A DNA stretch of 21,950 nucleotides, from assembly GCA_000388065.2 (NCBI GenBank), contig KB932205.1; one strand, given 5' to 3'. Of this stretch, positions 1-9,698 are shown piece after piece. The translations under genes were made by a program, and so were the position numbers. A model generated the notes under the pieces. The model saw only the letters and a program-made list of their open reading frames with translations. It searched no databases and had not been told where the DNA came from. The first letter of the stretch is position 1, and the number at the start of each line of letters is the position of its first letter. Source of the stretch: Fonticula alba ATCC 38817 (lineage: Eukaryota > Protista > Nucleariida).

Positions 1-25
1 CCCCTCTCTCCCCTACCTGTGAGTC

Positions 26-2054
26 ATGTGCAAGATCCCCACCCGGCCGCGGGTTATCGTCCCGCAGGGCAGCCTCCCAGCCTACTACAACAGCAATGGC
101 ATGCCCATCTCCTTCGGTGGCAGCTACAACGGCAACGGCCATTCCGGTCACGATGTCGACCTCTCGACCCTCGAGCAGTGGGCCTCCCAGCACAATGGCC
201 CCGCCGGCGATGGCGAGGACGATGGGTCCCAGGGCGCGGGGTTTCCCCACCCCAACTCGGTCATGTCGCAAGGCCCCAGCGCCGAGGATGACCTGCGTCA
301 TCTGCATAACCGTGCGCCGCCCTCCCTGCGTGAGATCTCGGCCATGGTTAGCTCCTCTGGCCTGAACGCCACCGAGGACTTCTCCGCCTACCACCATCCC
401 CATCTGCCGCACTCCCATGGGGCCGATCAGCGCCTCGAGTTCGGTGCGTCTGCGCTTGCTGTTGCTCTTTTTCTATCCCTCCCCCTTCCTCTCTTTCTCG
501 CCCCCGCTCTCTCTCCCTCTCCCCTCTTCTCGCTCTCTCTCTCTCCCCCCTCTTCTCTCTCTCTCTCTCCCCCCTCTCCTCTCTCTCTCTCTATCTCCCC
601 TCTCTTCTCTCTCTCTCTCTCCCCTCTCTTCTCTCTCTCTCTCTATCTCCCCTCTCTTCTCTCTCTCTCTCTCTCTCCTTCTCGGTGTTCTTGCCCTTTT
701 CCTTCGCCTCTCACACGTGCTCTCCCAACACCTTGTCTGTACGTCGTCCCTCTCCTGCCCGCCCCCCTCTGGCCGGACAACGACAGTCCCCTACATGGAC
801 GCCGAGCATGCTCCTGTCAATGCCCTCAGCAGCAGTGACAGCTCGAGCAACCTCTATTTCGCCGGTCCCAGCGCCCCGATCAATGCCGCCGGGCCCTTCG
901 CCTCTGACGGGAACGCGGTCTACGCCGGCACCACCGCCCCTGGGTCCTCCTCTTCCAGCGCCGCCGCCGCCGCCGCCGAGGCGACGGCCCACATGGCTTC
1001 TTTTGCTCCGGCCAATGCCCGGCCATACCCCTCGATGCTGAGCGCCAACGGCGCCCACTTTGCCGAAGCCCCGGCCCCTGCCCCGGGCCTCGGCCCGGTC
1101 ACGGCGACGTATGCGCAGTTCCGCCACCCGGCCTCCCAGGCCCCGGGCGGGTCCTCCTCTTCCGGCAATTCGTCCCCCTCTTCGGTGTCTCCGATTTCCT
1201 CGCCTTCCAACCTTGCCGCGGCCTTCGATTCCGCCGGTACCCCGGTCGGGCCGCTGGTGTCCTCCACCGGTTCGGCGATCGGGTCGTCCTCCCCGCATGG
1301 CGGGGCCAACTTCGTGGACGAGGGCCGCTTCCAGCAGATGCTCTCCCTCGGGCCGGAGTCCTCCAATGCCGGGGTCTTTGCCCATGGCGGGTCTTCTTCC
1401 GGGGCTTCCTCATCTTCGGCCACCCCGGTGGCCTCCTCCTCGCAGCAGTCCCCCCCGGGTCCGGGCATGCACCGGTCCGGCATCGACACCCCCCTGCACC
1501 ATGCCACCTCCACTGGCCACATCAAGCAGGAGTATGGCCCCGGCCCGGTTGTTGCCGGCCAGGCGCAGCAGTCGCACCTGCTGGCCACCACCGGGGAGAC
1601 TGTCGCCCCCGGCACTTCTTCGGCTGACAACTTCAAGGGCTTCTACCTGGAGCAGCCGCAGTCGCAGCAGCCGCAGGATCACTCGGCACACCGGCGCTCG
1701 AGCACCGATGGGATGGTCCTCCCCTCGGAGGACTTCTCCTCCGGGCCCTTTGCCAAGACCCCGCGTGCCAAGTCCCCTGGGGCCACTGGCAGTGCCTCGC
1801 GCCGGGGGTCCGTCACGGCGGCCAAGATGACCACTCGCATGCCGGGCCGCTATCACCCGGTGCCGGTTGGCCCGACGGTCGCCGCGGCCGATGTCCTTTT
1901 CTCCTCGGCCGCCACCCTGGCCAAGCCCTTCGGTGCCCCGGCCGGCGGCATGCTGCTGCCGGCGGTCAACCCGGCTGCTGGTGTCTTCCCCCCGATGGAC
2001 ATGACCCAGATGATGGCGGCCGGGCCTGGGGCTGCTGCGGCTGTCGCGGCGGCG

Positions 2055-2085
<31 letters not shown>

Positions 2086-3296
2086 CCACCACCGGTGCCG
2101 GCCCCACCGCCGGTGCCGCCGCCGCCGCCGCCGCCGCCACCACCACCACTACCATTCCTTTCAACAGTCTCAACTCTTCGGGGTTCATTCGCGCGGTGCC
2201 GGCGGCGGCGCTCTTCCCCCCGGCGGCGGCGGCCACTCTGCTGCCGATCCTGCGCGGCCCGTTGGTTGATCATCAGACGGACTCCCTGGCTGACCTGTCC
2301 CCGGGACATGCCCAAGCCACGGCCAAGGCGCGAGTCCTGGCGTCGGCCACGGCCGAGGCTACGGCCTCTGCCGCGGCCAAGGTCGCGGCCAAGGTGGCCC
2401 TCGAGACGGGCGGGCGGGCTCGCGCTCGCGCCAGCACTGCCACCCGGTCGCGGTCCGCCTCGCCGGCCGTCGACGGTGGCAAGTCCACTTCCAGCAAGTC
2501 CCCCTCGCCGGCGGGCAGCAACACAGACAAGGCCACCGACGAGGGGTCTTCCTCTTCTTCCTCTTCGTCTCCCGGCCCCTCGGGAGCCGGGGCCAAGTCC
2601 GCCAACAGCGCCACCGGCAGCGGCGGGGCCTCGCAAAAGCGCCCCGCCGCCGGGCAGGACTCCAGCTCGGATGCCAAGCGCGCGCGCAATCGCCTGGCCG
2701 CCGAGAAGTACCGCCACAAGGGCCGGCACCTGGTCACCCATCTGACCGACCGTTGTGCATCGCTCATTTGCGACAAGGACAACCTCATGAAGAAGGTCGA
2801 CGCCCTGGAGGCCGACAATCAGCACCTGCGCAACATCATCACCTCGCTGATGGGCTTCTCGACCGGGGCCGGGTCCGCCGGGCAGTCCATCCCGGTGGTG
2901 ATGCTCCCGCCGCAGGGCAGCTTCGTGGACCCGACCACCGGTGGTGGTCCGGGCCCGGCGACGGTGGTTGTTCCCCAGCCCGGCTCTGCGGCGGCCACCG
3001 TGGCGGCCCTGCAGCAGCAGTTTGTTTCTGCCCCGGTGGTCACTGGCCCCGGTGGTGCTTTCTCACACGCGGAGGTTGGCCCGGTGGCCGGCCTGCCTGG
3101 CGTCCATAACGCCGGTGCCTACTACGCCGCTCCCGGGGGCGGGATCCCGCAGCCGCAGTCGCAGCCGCAGCCGCAGCAGCAGCTGGACTATGCGGCCATG
3201 ATGCCGCGTCACCATCACCACCACCTCCCGGAGGTGGCTACCGATGGGGCTCTCCTCGCTGCCTCCTCGTCCCCGCGCTTCATGTACTACAAGTAG
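26..3296 (+). CDS. bZIP transcription factor, ~975 aa; exons 26-443, 787-3296
   Basis: Basic region KRARNRLAAEKYRHKGR (N-x7-R) followed by six Leu at exact heptad spacing (2676-2849). Phase-1 intron 444-786 (GTGCGT...ACAG, CT-rich) joins two ORFs in frame (RLEF/VPYM). TAG at 3294-3296. The start at 26 is uncertain: the gene may begin upstream of the window with an acceptor at 33-34. Confidence 0.9.
505..680 (+). repeat. Compound (CT)n microsatellite in the bZIP intron, with a ~52-nt higher-order duplication
   Basis: ATCTCCCCTCTCTT occurs at 593-606 and 645-658, embedded in CT runs. Confidence 0.9.
2046..2153 (+). repeat. Coding triplet repeats (GCT/GCC/ACC) encoding poly-Ala and poly-Thr tracts
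   Basis: Directly visible; translates as A13-TTT-GAGPTAG-A8-T5. Confidence 0.9.
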
Positions 3297-3411
3297 GGGC
3301 ATGTGTGCGCGTGTGTGTCTTCGTCGAGGGCTGGTTCTTCTCGTCTCTCTCTTCTTCCTCTCGCTCTCCTCGCCCACCTTCCTTCTTTTCTTCTCCTCCC
3401 TCCCCCTGTGC

Positions 3412-3420
<9 letters not shown>

Positions 3421-3456
<36 letters not shown>
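3421..3456 (+). repeat. (TC)18 microsatellite downstream of the bZIP stop
   Basis: Directly visible. Confidence 0.95.
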
Positions 3457-3458
<2 letters not shown>

Positions 3459-3698
3459 ACATGCACACGTTCAAAACAATATACACAGTATTTCCATTGG
3501 CCGTGTTTGTTCTCCCGCGGCGCTGCAGAGGAGCGTTGGCAGCCGCGGCGGGAAGTGAGATCGCCCAGGCGGGGCGCTGCATATTTTGGGGCCACAGGAG
3601 GGGGGGGGGACCTTTCCGTGGGCGATCTCCCGGATCGGGGGCCCTGCGCTCTTGAAAGAGACCTCTCTCTCCTGCCTGCGTGCCCCTCCCTCATCCTG

Positions 3699-3700
<2 letters not shown>

Positions 3701-3732
<32 letters not shown>
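3701..3732 (+). repeat. (TC)16 microsatellite ~30 nt upstream of the PDI start codon
   Basis: Directly visible. Confidence 0.95.
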
Positions 3733-3737
<5 letters not shown>

Positions 3738-3763
3738 CTCCTTCTCCCACCTTGGACCTGATC

Positions 3764-5319
3764 ATGGGCGTCTCTCGTCCGGCCGTGCGTTTGGCGCTGG
3801 CGCTGATGGCGCTGCTTGGGCTGGCCCTGCTGGCGACCCAGGCGGTCCCCGTTCGGCCGGTGGCCACGATGGCCCCCTCTTCGGTGCCTGTACAGCTAGA
3901 TGACATTCAGCTCCGGATGGCCACTCACCAGGCACACCGCCATGCATTGGTCTTTTTCTACACCGAGTGGTGCGACGATTGCCGGGATCTGGAGGATGTA
4001 CGCACTGCGCGCCATGTGGAGCCGAGTCGGCTTCTTTTGTCCTCTTTCTGTCTTTCCGGCCCTTCTAGTCGCCGGTCAAGCTGACACCACAACTCGTCCG
4101 ACCCAGCACTTTAACGACGCGGCCGTCGGTCTGTCGGACTTTGCCGAGTCGATCCTTGTGGGCCGACTGGACGGCGAATACTTCCCCTCGATCGCTCGCA
4201 AGTACTCCCCCGAAGGGTTCCCCTCACTGGCGCTCATCCCCCGGGAAGACCCTACGGCTGTGGCTTTGTGCGTTTGTCTTCCTCGATCCCCTTCCTCCGG
4301 CAGTGCATCCTCCCTGGGCTCCCTCCCTCTCCTCCGTCCCCGCTGATTGTGTCACATGCGAGTCTCCAAAGTGTGTGTGTGTGTATGTGTGTGTGTGTGT
4401 TGACCCTGTGAATATGGACCCTTGCCGTGTCCCTGATCTGATGGCCTTCATGTCCGGTAGTTATGAGGGCCCGAATGATGTGCACGCCATTTTGGACTTC
4501 GTGCGCCAGCACACCGGGCTGAACGCCCTGCCGCCGTTGCCCCGGCCGCGCTTCCTGCAACCTCTGACCGGTTACCAAATGCTGGAGCATGCGGCCCGCG
4601 GCGAGCAGCATGTCGTGGCTCTGCTCTATGCCCCTTGGTGCTACCACTCCACGCGTATGTTGAGTGTGATGGAGCGTGTGGCGGCTCTCTTTGCCACCGA
4701 GCCCACTGTCCTGCTGATTCGCGTGGATCTGGATGAGAGCCCTTACCTGCGCGAGGAAATCGGCACGGTGGCGCCCCCGTCGTTGGTGCTCTTCCCTCGA
4801 GGGGCACCGGCCGATGCGCTGCCGCTTGAGTTCGGCGCGTCGCGTGACCTGGAGAACATTGTGGACTTCATCAACCGGCAAACCGGCACCCAGCGTCACC
4901 ATTATGGCGGATTCTTGCCGGAGGTTGGCCGGCTGCCAGAGCTCGACCGGTTGGCGGCCGACTTTGCCATGGCCCAGTGCCCTGGCGCCAGTGTCACCGC
5001 CGGCGCCCGGGCCGCCTCCGACATTCTCCGCCAAACAGCCCAACACATGGCTGATGGGCAGTTTACCTCGGCTGAGGTTGCCCCCTACCTGGCCGTCATG
5101 CAGGGGGCCCTGCACGAGCCGGGCTTCATCGGCCGAGAGCTCCGGCGCCTGGAGCGCCTGGTCCATTCGCGGTCAATCACCCAGGAGCAAGCCGATCGAA
5201 TGCACCTCCGGGCTAATGTTCTCCGGGCCTTTGTGCACGATTGCGGGCAGAGGCCCGAGCCGGAGCCCGTCGCTGATGGCTGGGCCGCCGTCCGGTCTCA
5301 CGATGAAGACCTACCTTGA
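3764..5319 (+). CDS. Protein disulfide isomerase family, ERp38/TigA-like (signal peptide, Trx, Trx, ERp29 C-terminal domain), ~417 aa; exons 3764-3997, 4107-4267, 4461-5319
   Basis: Hydrophobic signal peptide. FYTEWCDDC and LYAPWCYHS active-site motifs; GFPSL and APPSL cis-Pro motifs; YEGPND..ILDFVRQHTG linker. C-terminal GRLPELDRLAADF...ELRRLERL...RANVLRAF matches ERp29C. Introns 3998-4106 (GTACGC, CTGAC branch, CAG) and 4268-4460 (GTGCGT..TAG) restore the frame. Confidence 0.9.
4371..4400 (+). repeat. (GT)n microsatellite in PDI intron 2
   Basis: Directly visible, with one interruption. Confidence 0.9.
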
Positions 5320-5407
5320 ACAGAGCCCTCCCCGTGCTTAGCCTTGCCCTTTGGAATAGATGACAACTCTCTTCCTTCGGCTCTCTTTTCCACGTTGGTC
5401 TTTCTGG

Positions 5408-5468
5408 TCTCTCTCTCTCTCTCTCTCCTTCTTTCTTTGCCCCACCATTCCCTCCTCTGGGCGTCCCT

Positions 5469-5512
<44 letters not shown>
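5408..5512 (+). repeat. (TC)10 and (AC)21 microsatellites between the convergent PDI and ICME stops
   Basis: Directly visible at 5408-5427 and 5471-5512. Confidence 0.9.
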
Positions 5513-5515
<3 letters not shown>

Positions 5516-5680
5516 GACACAGAGAAAAAAGACACAGAGCCACAAGCACACAAGCACACACATGCATACAAGTATACTTACGCAAATGCTGTCGTTGTTG
5601 TTTGGATCGGCGCTTTCCGCTGGGAATGCCCTCGTTCGGGCAGCGCCGGATCAATCTATGTGGGCTACAAGACGGGCCCC

Positions 5681-8600
5681 TCAGAAGGGGTTAAAGGCCT
5701 GGCAGAAGCGGATGCACCAGAAGGGAATCGGCAATTCCAGGATGAAGGGATACACCGAGGTCCCGGGTCCCGACAGGGGATATGCCTTGCCCATTGGGGG
5801 GAGAGTAAGGGCAGGCTTGGCCAAAGTCCGAGCGACGACGATGGCAGCGTCGGGGCCAACCACTGGCGGGATGGAGGACACCAAAGCGGCGGTCGACATG
5901 TCCGAGTGGAAGCCGGAATCCTCAGCCACGCCAAGGGGGCTGCCCTCGACATTGGACATCGGGCCGCGGGATGTGGACGAGCGCGGGTGCCCCGCCAGCC
6001 GGTCGGTCTCGACCAATGGGAAACCCGGCGATTGGGCCAGGGAAATCCGCGAACGGCCATCGGCCGTGTCAAGGCCAGGATGGCCAGCCTCCTCACCGGA
6101 GCCCAGCAAGTCGACGACCCCCAGAGTGGGGGAGGATTCATCGGTGGCGCTGACCGACGCCGGGGATCCCGTTCGGGCCAGGATGTGCGCCTCGGACTCC
6201 GGGAGAGACATCAAAAAGTCGGAGTCACTGCCGGCCGTGGAAGACACCAGCTCAAAGGCGTCGTCGATGTCCGAGCTGCCGGGCTCGAGTGAGTCCTCTG
6301 CACGCTCCGAGACCGGCACCAAGAGGGCGTTCTTTGGAGCACGGCGGCCGTCCGGCCGCCGGATCGCCCGACTGCGTGTCTCCTGTCCGAGGTCGAACAC
6401 CCAGTCCTCCAAGTGATCGGTGGCCAGGTTGATCGGATGCCTTGACAGGGGTCCAGGCTCGGTGGCCACGCTGCCGAGGTCCAGGCTCGATGGCGCCAGC
6501 GATGGCTGCACCGACTCGTCTGACAGGAGAATGGTCGACTCCGACCGAGTGAGGCAGATCGTGCACGGCTCGGCCGGCGGCACGGCACTTGTTTCATACA
6601 AGAACTGGACCATGTGCTTGACCGGGCGCCTGTAAAGGGGGAAGGCGGGTTCCAAGCGCCGGTATGTGTTAGGACATCTTCCCATGGTGACGTTGTTCGT
6701 GGGCCGTCGGGAGCAAGAGGAAAATGCGAGCAGGGGGCAGGGGACCCGGCAGGAGAGACGTACTGGTCAGGCGCGCAGGATTGCGGATGGGAAGTCGTCT
6801 CGATCAGCGGGTCGGTGTGCGTTTGGCCGTCATAGAGCTGGAGCCGGGCGCGGAAACTGGGTCCAAGTGTGGCAGTAGCGGGAGGGAAGGGGATGATGTA
6901 AGAACATTTCTCCGAGGGGAGCCGGCGCGATGGGACAGCCCTCTTGGCCGAGTGGCATGAGAGGGACGGGGGGGGGGGCGGGGCGTGGNNNNNNNNNNNN
7001 NNNNNNNNNNNNNNNNNNNNNNNNNNNNNNNNNNNNNNNNNNNNNNGGGGTACGGAAGTCGAGGCGTAGGGAGGGACGTACCCGGCGGACACCATGGCCG
7101 CGTGCATGTCCAGCGAGGAGAAAAAGGGCACCGCCGAGTCGTTGGTCCCATGTTGGATGAGAATGGCCGGGAGCGAATGGCCGAGGGATCGGACAGGACG
7201 CGGGGAGGGGGGGCCCTCGCCGCAAGGACACCCTCGAGAGGCTGCCAGGCGGACCACTCGGATGGCTGCCCGGCAGAAGACTGGCATTCGTAGCAGGCGG
7301 GATGGCGAGTAGATGGCCAGCAGGTTCAATGACGAGTCCGGGATGAAGGACTTCAGTGGTCCGTGGGGCTCCAGCGCCGGGGTTGAGCCTTTGGCCGGGG
7401 CGGCAGGGATGGGAGCATCGCCCGGGAATCCGGCATAAGGGGACTGGTCTCCCAGGACACGGTTCAACAGGGCACGGAAGGATGTGGCTGCGGCGGTCGC
7501 GGTCTCGTCGGTGGAGGAGAAGTCTCCAGGCCAGGCGGACATGATCATCCGGAGGATCGGCCGGTAGAGGCCATGCGCGTGGAACTCCGGCGCCACGGCA
7601 ATCAAATCGAACGGGCCACTGACGAGAATGGTCGAGCGGATGTTGGCCACCGACCAGGAGTGCTGAGAGTACCAAGAGGGAGAGAGAGAGAGAGAGGAGG
7701 GGGAGGGGCCCCGAGGCAAAGGTCAGTCTTGGCACAGGCTCTGCAGGCCCGAGAACGGCGGCCGAAAGAGGGAGGAGGGCGGAGAGAGGCCGGGGAAGGG
7801 AACGCACCGCCCCCACGGTGGCAATCAGCGGCCCCAGGTAGGTGAGGCTGAGCAGCTCGAAGGAACTCAGCTTGTCACCCTCGCGCGGCCGAAGCGACCG
7901 GCGCAAGTCCAGCAGCCCGACGGCCGTCGAGGGCGAGGCGGTCAGCAGGGAGTCCATCGAGGCAAGTAGGCCGGCCGCGGTGTCGGCCGCTGACACCTCG
8001 GGACTGGAAGAGATGGACCCGGGCCCGGGGATGGATGCCCGACGAGCGCCGGGGGCCCGAGAGGCGGGCGTCGAGGGGGAGGCTGTGCTGGCCCCCGAGG
8101 AGGTCTTGGCCGCGGTGGCCTGCTCGGCGAACTCATCCAGGGCACCACCCTCGGCCAGGATCTTGGCTACGAGCATCATGGCGGTGATGTGTGCCCCGGC
8201 CGACTGGCCTGCCAGCGTGATGCGGCTGGCGTCGCCACCGAAGCGGTGAATGTGCCGGCAGGTCCAGCCCACCGCCCGGCTGACATCGGCCACCATGGCC
8301 GAGACGGAGGAGGCCTGCGGGAAGTTCCGGTAATCCGGCAGAACGCACACCACCCCGTGCGAGGCAAGCACACTGGCCAGGAAGGCGCCCCAGGCCTTGT
8401 AGCCAATGAGCCAGACGCCACCGGTGGCGAAGATAAACTGCCAGAAAGAAAGCGGAATCGGGGGAGATGGAGGGAAGTGATGTAAGTACATATGCATGTA
8501 CATGTGCATGGGTGTGTATGTGTGCGAGGGAGTGGGGGGGAGGGGGGGGGGTGGGCGGGGGGAGGGGCGCGTGCATGCACGCGTATCCCCGTGTCCCCAG

Positions 8601-9591
8601 CTGACATGCTTATCGGGCGATGTGGTGGGAAACGGGCGCAGGGGGATACAAAGGCTAATCGCACCACTGGACGCAAAGCCGAGGGGCCGGCCACACTATC
8701 GGACTTCGCACGGCCACACTCGCAAGCGGATCCGAGGCAGGAATAGTAGGATTGGGGGACATGCGCGGCGGCGGCGGTGGCATCGGCATGTGCGGCTGCG
8801 GGGCAGCCATCCGTTTCGGAGCAAGCATCCGTCTCATCGCCAGGCTTGGTACAGCAGAAGTGCTCCAGCTCCCGGGGCACGTAGATGTCCAAGGCATTTC
8901 GAGCCTGGTCGCCATAGACCACATTCCGTCGGATGGCCCGACGAGGTGCCGTCAGGTACAGGTAGAATACAGGCAGGAAGGCCGGGAAAAGCAGCAGCAC
9001 GAAGACCAGCATGTGCAAGAGGCGGAAAATCCACTGCACGCCATGCCACATGAAGATGGTGATCAGTTGCAGGGCCAGGAAGGGGATTGGCGTCAGGGGG
9101 TGTGTCCGGCGCCTGATTGTCGGACGGTCAGTGCTCGCCATCAACCGTGAGGAGGACCGCATTGCCCAGCCACTGGCCGATGTGCCTGTGCGAAGGGCCA
9201 GGGATCCATTTGGCCCATGAGTGGCGGAAAAGGAAGGCAGGAAGATAGAGACAGATGGAGAGGAGGAGGAGGAGGAGAGAGAGAGAGAGACATACCACCG
9301 ATCGCGCTCCTCAACCACCACCTGCACACCATGGGCAGGGGGCTCTTCAGATGAGCGCTCGCCCGTGGCGGAGCCCGCACTAGGCCTGGCGGACAGTGGA
9401 GTCCCCGGGACCCGGGCCGAAGAGGGGAGACTGATCGAGCGTGGCCCAAGAGATCGACGCATCGGCCGCAAGTGCGAGGCCTCACTCGGATGCACCGGCC
9501 CCGGCGAGAGGGGCCCCCGAGTTGAGGGGATGGTTACCGAAAGGCTCGGCCGCTCGTCGCCCGGGCGATCGCCTGGCGGAGCGAAAGCCAT
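5681..9591 (-). CDS. ICME: Isoprenylcysteine alpha-carbonyl methylesterase (ICME/PCME)-like alpha/beta hydrolase, ~998 aa; exons 9591-9296, 9112-8665, 8437-7808, 7662-7082, 6856-6764, 6629-5681
   Basis: Ordered motifs match plant ICME as I recall it: RRNVVYGDQARNALDIYVP, RPV/FIFATGGVWLIGYKAWG, DYRNFPQ, GQSAG nucleophile, SWSVANI..SGPFDL..FHAHGLYR, HGTND (Asp), LYDGQTHTD (His), terminal NPF. All five introns are GT-AG and frame-consistent, giving 2997 nt. Intron 4 spans an N gap, and the intron 1 boundary is the least certain. Confidence 0.88.
6989..7046. other. Assembly gap (58 N) within ICME intron 4
   Basis: N run flanked by G-rich sequence. Confidence 0.98.
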
Positions 9592-9658
9592 CGCGGCGTC
9601 CAGTGCGCGAGGCGGCCCGTAGCGGGGGATGTAGGCAAGGGGAGAGGGAAGGGTGGCG

Positions 9659-9660
<2 letters not shown>

Positions 9661-9697
<37 letters not shown>
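9661..9697 (+). repeat. G37 homopolymer 70-106 nt upstream of the ICME start (poly-C on the sense strand)
   Basis: Directly visible. Confidence 0.95.

Positions 9698-9698
<1 letters not shown>

Noticed and set aside
417-786. N-terminal part of ORF 417-3296 and the hydrophobic-looking tail of ORF 26-838 (apparent TM segments)
   Set aside because: Translation of the CT-rich intron 444-786, so not a membrane-anchored bZIP.
1410-2825. 471-aa minus-strand ORF and other long ORFs overlapping the bZIP
   Set aside because: Antisense or shifted-frame shadows of a GC-rich CDS; G/R-rich with no domain.
3490-3505. ATTGG (reverse CCAAT) upstream of PDI as a possible ERSE/UPRE
   Set aside because: No CCACG at ERSE (N9) or ERSE-II (N1) spacing. 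CACGTG hits near 9756, 10965 and 18104 are expected by chance at this GC content.
5562-6416. 284-aa plus-strand ORF
   Set aside because: Antisense shadow of ICME exon 6.
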